Assembly: GCF_046119375.1 (NCBI RefSeq)
Contig: NW_027362765.1
Span: forward strand, 434,186,001-434,250,000
Direction of reading: 5' to 3'
Source: Phyllobates terribilis
Taxonomy: Eukaryota
Length of the DNA: 64,000 bases
The number at the start of each line of letters is the position of its first letter. Position 1 is the stretch's first letter. A program made the position numbers and the translations under genes. Positions 59,939 through 64,000 of the stretch are shown one piece after another. Under the pieces are notes generated by a model that was not told where the DNA came from, did no database searches, and was given only the letters and a program-made list of their open reading frames with translations.

Positions 59939-62101
59939 TAGTGTTGAGCGAGCACTAAAATGCTCGGGTGCTCGAAGCTCGGGCCGAGCTCGCCGTGATA
60001 CTCGGGTGCTCGACCCGAGCAACGAGCCCAATGTTAGTCTATGCGAGACTCGAGCATTTTTGCGGTGGCACCCCCGGCAGTCTTTTAAAAGCCTAACAAG
60101 TGCCCAAAACGATAGTGACAGTGCTCAAATGACATGGGGACAGCATGGGGATCGCCCCAGGAAGCATTTCTGACCCCAAGGTCACTGCTGTCAACAACGT
60201 GGTCAGAGGTATTAAGCCACTTTTACAGGCTCACAATAAAACGAAAGTGAAACTTTTTTCCTGTGAAATATGTTAAGGAACATCCTTTCCAGGGAAAAGA
60301 CTTGTGTATAAGTTAAAATAAATGACCATAAACAAAAATACTCCTCCACACCTTCGGCTATGTTCACAAGTAGCATTTTTTATGCGTTTTTGCACTTTTG
60401 TATTGCTTTCAACTATGACAAATGCATTCACCGGGAAATGTCATTTTAACATTTTACAACCTTATCTGGCCATGTGCTGTGTGACACATGCATAAAGTGC
60501 TGAAAAGACATGGGAACAGCATGGGGAAGACCCCTGGAAGCATCTCTGACTCCCAGGTCACTGTCTAAAAGTGTGCCCATCATAAGTGATCCTTGCCGCA
60601 TCAGAAGATGCAGACTTGCAACTACCCCCATGCAAGTTCTAGTCCCAGGGCAGTGTTCAATTGTACCTCCCCCATTCCTTGCAATACAAGCGCAAGTATG
60701 CAGCCTACCACCCACCCACCCCCAGGCTGCAATACCATACTGCTTGCTTGCTTGAACTTGAAATTGGGCCTTTAAGGCATGTGGAGGCGGAATCTGGCCA
60801 CCACGTCATGGCTGTGTTGGCGGCCTGGAATTCATACTCAGTCCCCAGCCGCCCGGCGGACGGGTGTCCATACTCAGTCCCCAGCCGCCCCGCGGCCGAG
60901 TGTCCACACGGTCCCCAGCCGCCTGGGGACAGTCGGGTGTCCATAAACTGTCCCCAGCCGCCCCCATTTCTCCTTGGAACATCCCCCCACACACTTTTCT
61001 TAGCCCGGCCTGCTTTAGGCAGCATTGGACGAGCCCACCAGAGAACCAGACTCCTCCGGTGGGCCATGACTTCTCCATCGGTGGAGTTGAGAGTGCCAAG
61101 GTGAGGAGCATGATGATGATGACAGAATTTAGCATCTGCTATGTTTTCTTTTAATGCAAGTGTAAGTGTGCAGCCTGCAACCCACCCACCCCCAGACTGC
61201 AATTCATACTGCTAGCTTGCACTTGAAATGGGGCCTTTTAGTTTAGAGGAGGCCGAAGCTGGCCACTACCTCATGGCTGCTTCGACAGCGAGGTATCCAT
61301 ACTCAGTCCCCAGCCGCCCCTATTTGTCCTAGTGTGCCTTATACATAAGATTAAGCGCGTATACCAAAGCATTACCTGTGCCCTCCCCAGTGCATTTAGT
61401 GGGAAGGAGAGCCTATTCCGCTGTAGTGTGTGCATGCCGAACCCCTGTTCATGGTACATGCGAAGATGCCTCCCACCTTGCACCTGTCATTGCAGACTTG
61501 CAACTATCCCCATTCAAGTCCTTGTCCCAGGGCAGTGTTCAATTGTACCTCTCCCATTCCTTGCAATGCAAGCGCAAGTATGCAGCCTGCCACCCACCCA
61601 CCCCCAGGCTGCAATACCATACTGCTTGCTTGCTTTCACTTTAAATTGGGCCTTTTAGGCATGTGGAGGCGGAATCTGGCCACCACGCCATGGCTGTGTC
61701 GGCGGCCTGGTATCCATACTCAGTCCCCAGCCGCCTGGTTGCCGGGTGTCCCCGCTTGCTCCCCAGCCTCCAGGGGGTGGCCGGGTGTCCATACTCGGTC
61801 CCCAGCCACCCCTATTTGTACCGGTAACCTTTCCCACAATTTTCTTAGCCTGGCCTGCTTTAGGGCAGCATTGGCCGAGCCCACCGGACTATCAGACTCC
61901 TCCAGTGGGCCCTGGCTTCTCCATCAGGGGAGTTGAGAGTGCCAAGGTGAGGAGCATGATGAGGATGATAGAAGTTAGCATCTGCTTTGTTTTGTTGTAA
62001 TGCACGCGCATGTATGTAGTAGCGGCTAGGCCTGAGGAGGTCAGCGTTTTGGCGCAAATCCTACCTCCTCCGAGGATTGCTGGATGTTTTCCTGCTACTA
62101 T
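59939..62101. mobile_element. Non-autonomous hAT-type element of another family, nested in the right end of copy 3
   Basis: Starts TAGTGTTGAGCG with CTCG/CGAG-rich subterminal repeats. Interrupts copy 3 after GTGACTAT. No coding capacity seen. The other end is not in the window. Confidence 0.7.
60590..62000 (+). repeat. Imperfect ~880-bp duplication with internal ~30-bp repeats
   Basis: GCAGACTTGCAACTA at ~60611 and ~61492. CCATACTCAGTCCCCAGCCGCC is repeated at 60830-60965, ~61295 and 61710-61810. Confidence 0.75.
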
Positions 62102-62603
62102 TAGTGTTGAGCCACCCCCGTAGTGTTCGAGTTCGGTTCGGTTCGTCGAACACCCGTGTGTTCGCCGAACTGTTCGTCGAACTGTTCGTCGAACACCTTC
62201 GAACACCGTTAAAACCAATGGCAGGCAAACAAAAACACATAGAAACACATAGAAAACACCTTCAAAGGTGTCCAAAAGCTGACAAACTGCTCAGAAGACA
62301 CAACTAACACATGGAAAAGTGACAAGTACATATAGTCATGCGAAAAGAAAAGAGGTGGAGGAGTAAAAGGAGGGGGAGACACAGATATAGGCATGTCATG
62401 CCCTTCTAAAATCCAAAAAGTGAGAAGCCGAGACGGCCAGTCCGCTCCTGCCCGTGCCACCTCCGTGTCGCCGGGTTTGTGCCAGAGCCGCCGTGAACCC
62501 TGACGGCCAGCCCCCCTCTCCCAATACTGGTGCCTGTCCGCTGGTGGGTCGAGAGAGCCCCCCTGTGGTGGAGGCAGCTCTAAGCTTTTTAATTTAAATT
62601 GTC

Positions 62604-62872
62604 CCTCTAATTTGAATGAATACACTTTAAATCCATTTACAAGGATCTATTGGAGGGCAAGTTTCATGCCAGCAGCCGCGTAATTCCAGCTCCAGTAGCG
62701 TCCACTAAAGCTGCTGCAGTTAAAAAGCTTTTATAAGGATCGAGCTCGGCTGTCCACCGCAAGGCATCCTAGTGCCAGTCCCAGCCCCTATGCCTTGGGG
62801 TGCCTCCTGATGCTCTTCACTAAGTATCCCGTGGTCCCGAAGCATTTCCTTTGAAAAAATTAAGTGTCCAAA
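62604..62872 (+). rRNA. 18S rRNA-derived fragment (degenerate) inside hAT copy 4
   Basis: Same fragment as 7075-7343. Confidence 0.9.
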
Positions 62873-63143
62873 CTACAGGTGGTGTAGCTTGCTTAACAGC
62901 CGGGATAATCCGCTGACTAGCAGACACTGCTACTAGGCACAAAGTATTTCCTGGGCTAGATGCAGTTAAAAATTTGTAAGTAGATACTCTCGTTGGATGC
63001 TGAGAAAGCATTCCATAGAGTCTCCTGGCACGCCATATATGATTCTCTTAAAAAGCTTGGGGTAGGGGTCTAGGGGACCCTTTTATAGCCAAAATCACGG
63101 CCCTGTATCACAATACGTCACCTAGGCTGAAGATAAATGGAAC

Positions 63144-64000
63144 TGTAGCACCGAGGGCTCGGTTGCTACAGATGTATTGCACCTCACCCAGAGGTGTGAT
63201 ATCTCACTCTCAGATAAGGATGGAGTGTGGATCAGGACCCGACACCTGCATGCATTACACCACATTGCCGTGGGGCAGGGCGACCAATATGCCCCTGAGA
63301 TGGGCACGACAGTCCCTGTCCCTGGCTGGAGTGGGGGGAGGGAACACTGAGGAAGGGGAACCCTGCAGTGCAGGAGCAGGGAGGAAGCAGTTCCTGGGTG
63401 CATTGAGAAGGGAGTATAAAAGGTGGGCACCATCTTAGTTCAGTGCAGAGAAGTCTGAGCAGAAGTGGCAGGGAGCAGGGGCTCTGCATGAGCTCTGCTC
63501 CGGAGGCGGGCCTAGTAACAGAGGCCCAGGCCTGCAAGAGGGAGAAGGAAGGAAGAGGAGCGGAGAAGGCTCCTGGAACGAGGAATGAAGGGATCCCAGG
63601 GGTGCGGACGGGCGAGTCGCCACCGCACGCCCGAATCCACCTGCGTGGAGGGGTCAGGCCAAAGGGGGAGACCGGTCCCCGAACTAGTGGAGGCAGGAAA
63701 CGACCCTCAGCTAGAAACCGGAGGCTCTGACATTTTATGTGGCGCAGCCCCTTGCTCCACCCGCTAGGAAGGCACCACATAGGGTCAGGGAAACTGGCGC
63801 CAAGTTTACCAAGAGGAGGCCCGAGGCAGCCGGACAGAAGTGTTGGTAAGAAAGGCCAGACAAAGGACACACAAAGGGGGTCCTGTGAAGCGCTCCAAAG
63901 TTATCTGGGAGTTGTCTGAGCCCCTCACCTGGTGAGCACAGTACGACGTGGGCAGCCGTTACCTGCAGACGTGGTCTGGATAATAAGAACTGTGAGTAAA
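63144..64000 (+). mobile_element. Solo LTR inside hAT copy 4 (partial)
   Basis: GAAC|TGTAGCACC at 63140-63152, the same insertion point as in copies 1 and 2. Confidence 0.85.

Larger units (their letters stand above)
62102..64000 (-). mobile_element. Composite hAT copy 4 (right end; runs off the window)
   Basis: TAGTGTTGAGCCACCCCCG at 62102. Nearly identical to the reverse complement of 29450-31352. Confidence 0.92.

Overview
Eukaryotic vertebrate DNA, most likely an anuran amphibian (inferred from the 18S-like sequence and the repeat types). The host gene is represented by four near-identical 318-bp phase 1-1 exons encoding group B (8-Cys) SRCR domains (DMBT1-like), arranged as a duplicated two-exon cassette on the + strand. 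Most of the rest is transposon-derived. A decayed Gmr1-type Gypsy LTR element occupies 1.3-6.3 kb. A family of ~10-kb composite hAT transposons is present as two complete copies with perfect 8-bp TSDs (6573-16335, 21004-31352), one older variant and one partial copy, plus two nested hAT fragments. Every long copy carries a ~270-bp 18S rRNA fragment and an L1 RT fragment. Copies 1, 2 and 4 add a solo LTR, and copies 1 and 2 also show a DD37E Tc1. One copy has an uninterrupted 1230-aa transposase ORF. The most striking observation is an 8.6-kb Tx1-clade non-LTR retrotransposon inserted in rRNA-sense orientation right after the conserved GCGGTAATTCC motif of the transposon-borne 18S fragment. This suggests an 18S-targeting retroelement using a hAT-carried rDNA piece as a mobile landing pad (inference; needs genome-wide testing). 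All alignments and divergences were judged by eye and no database searches were run.
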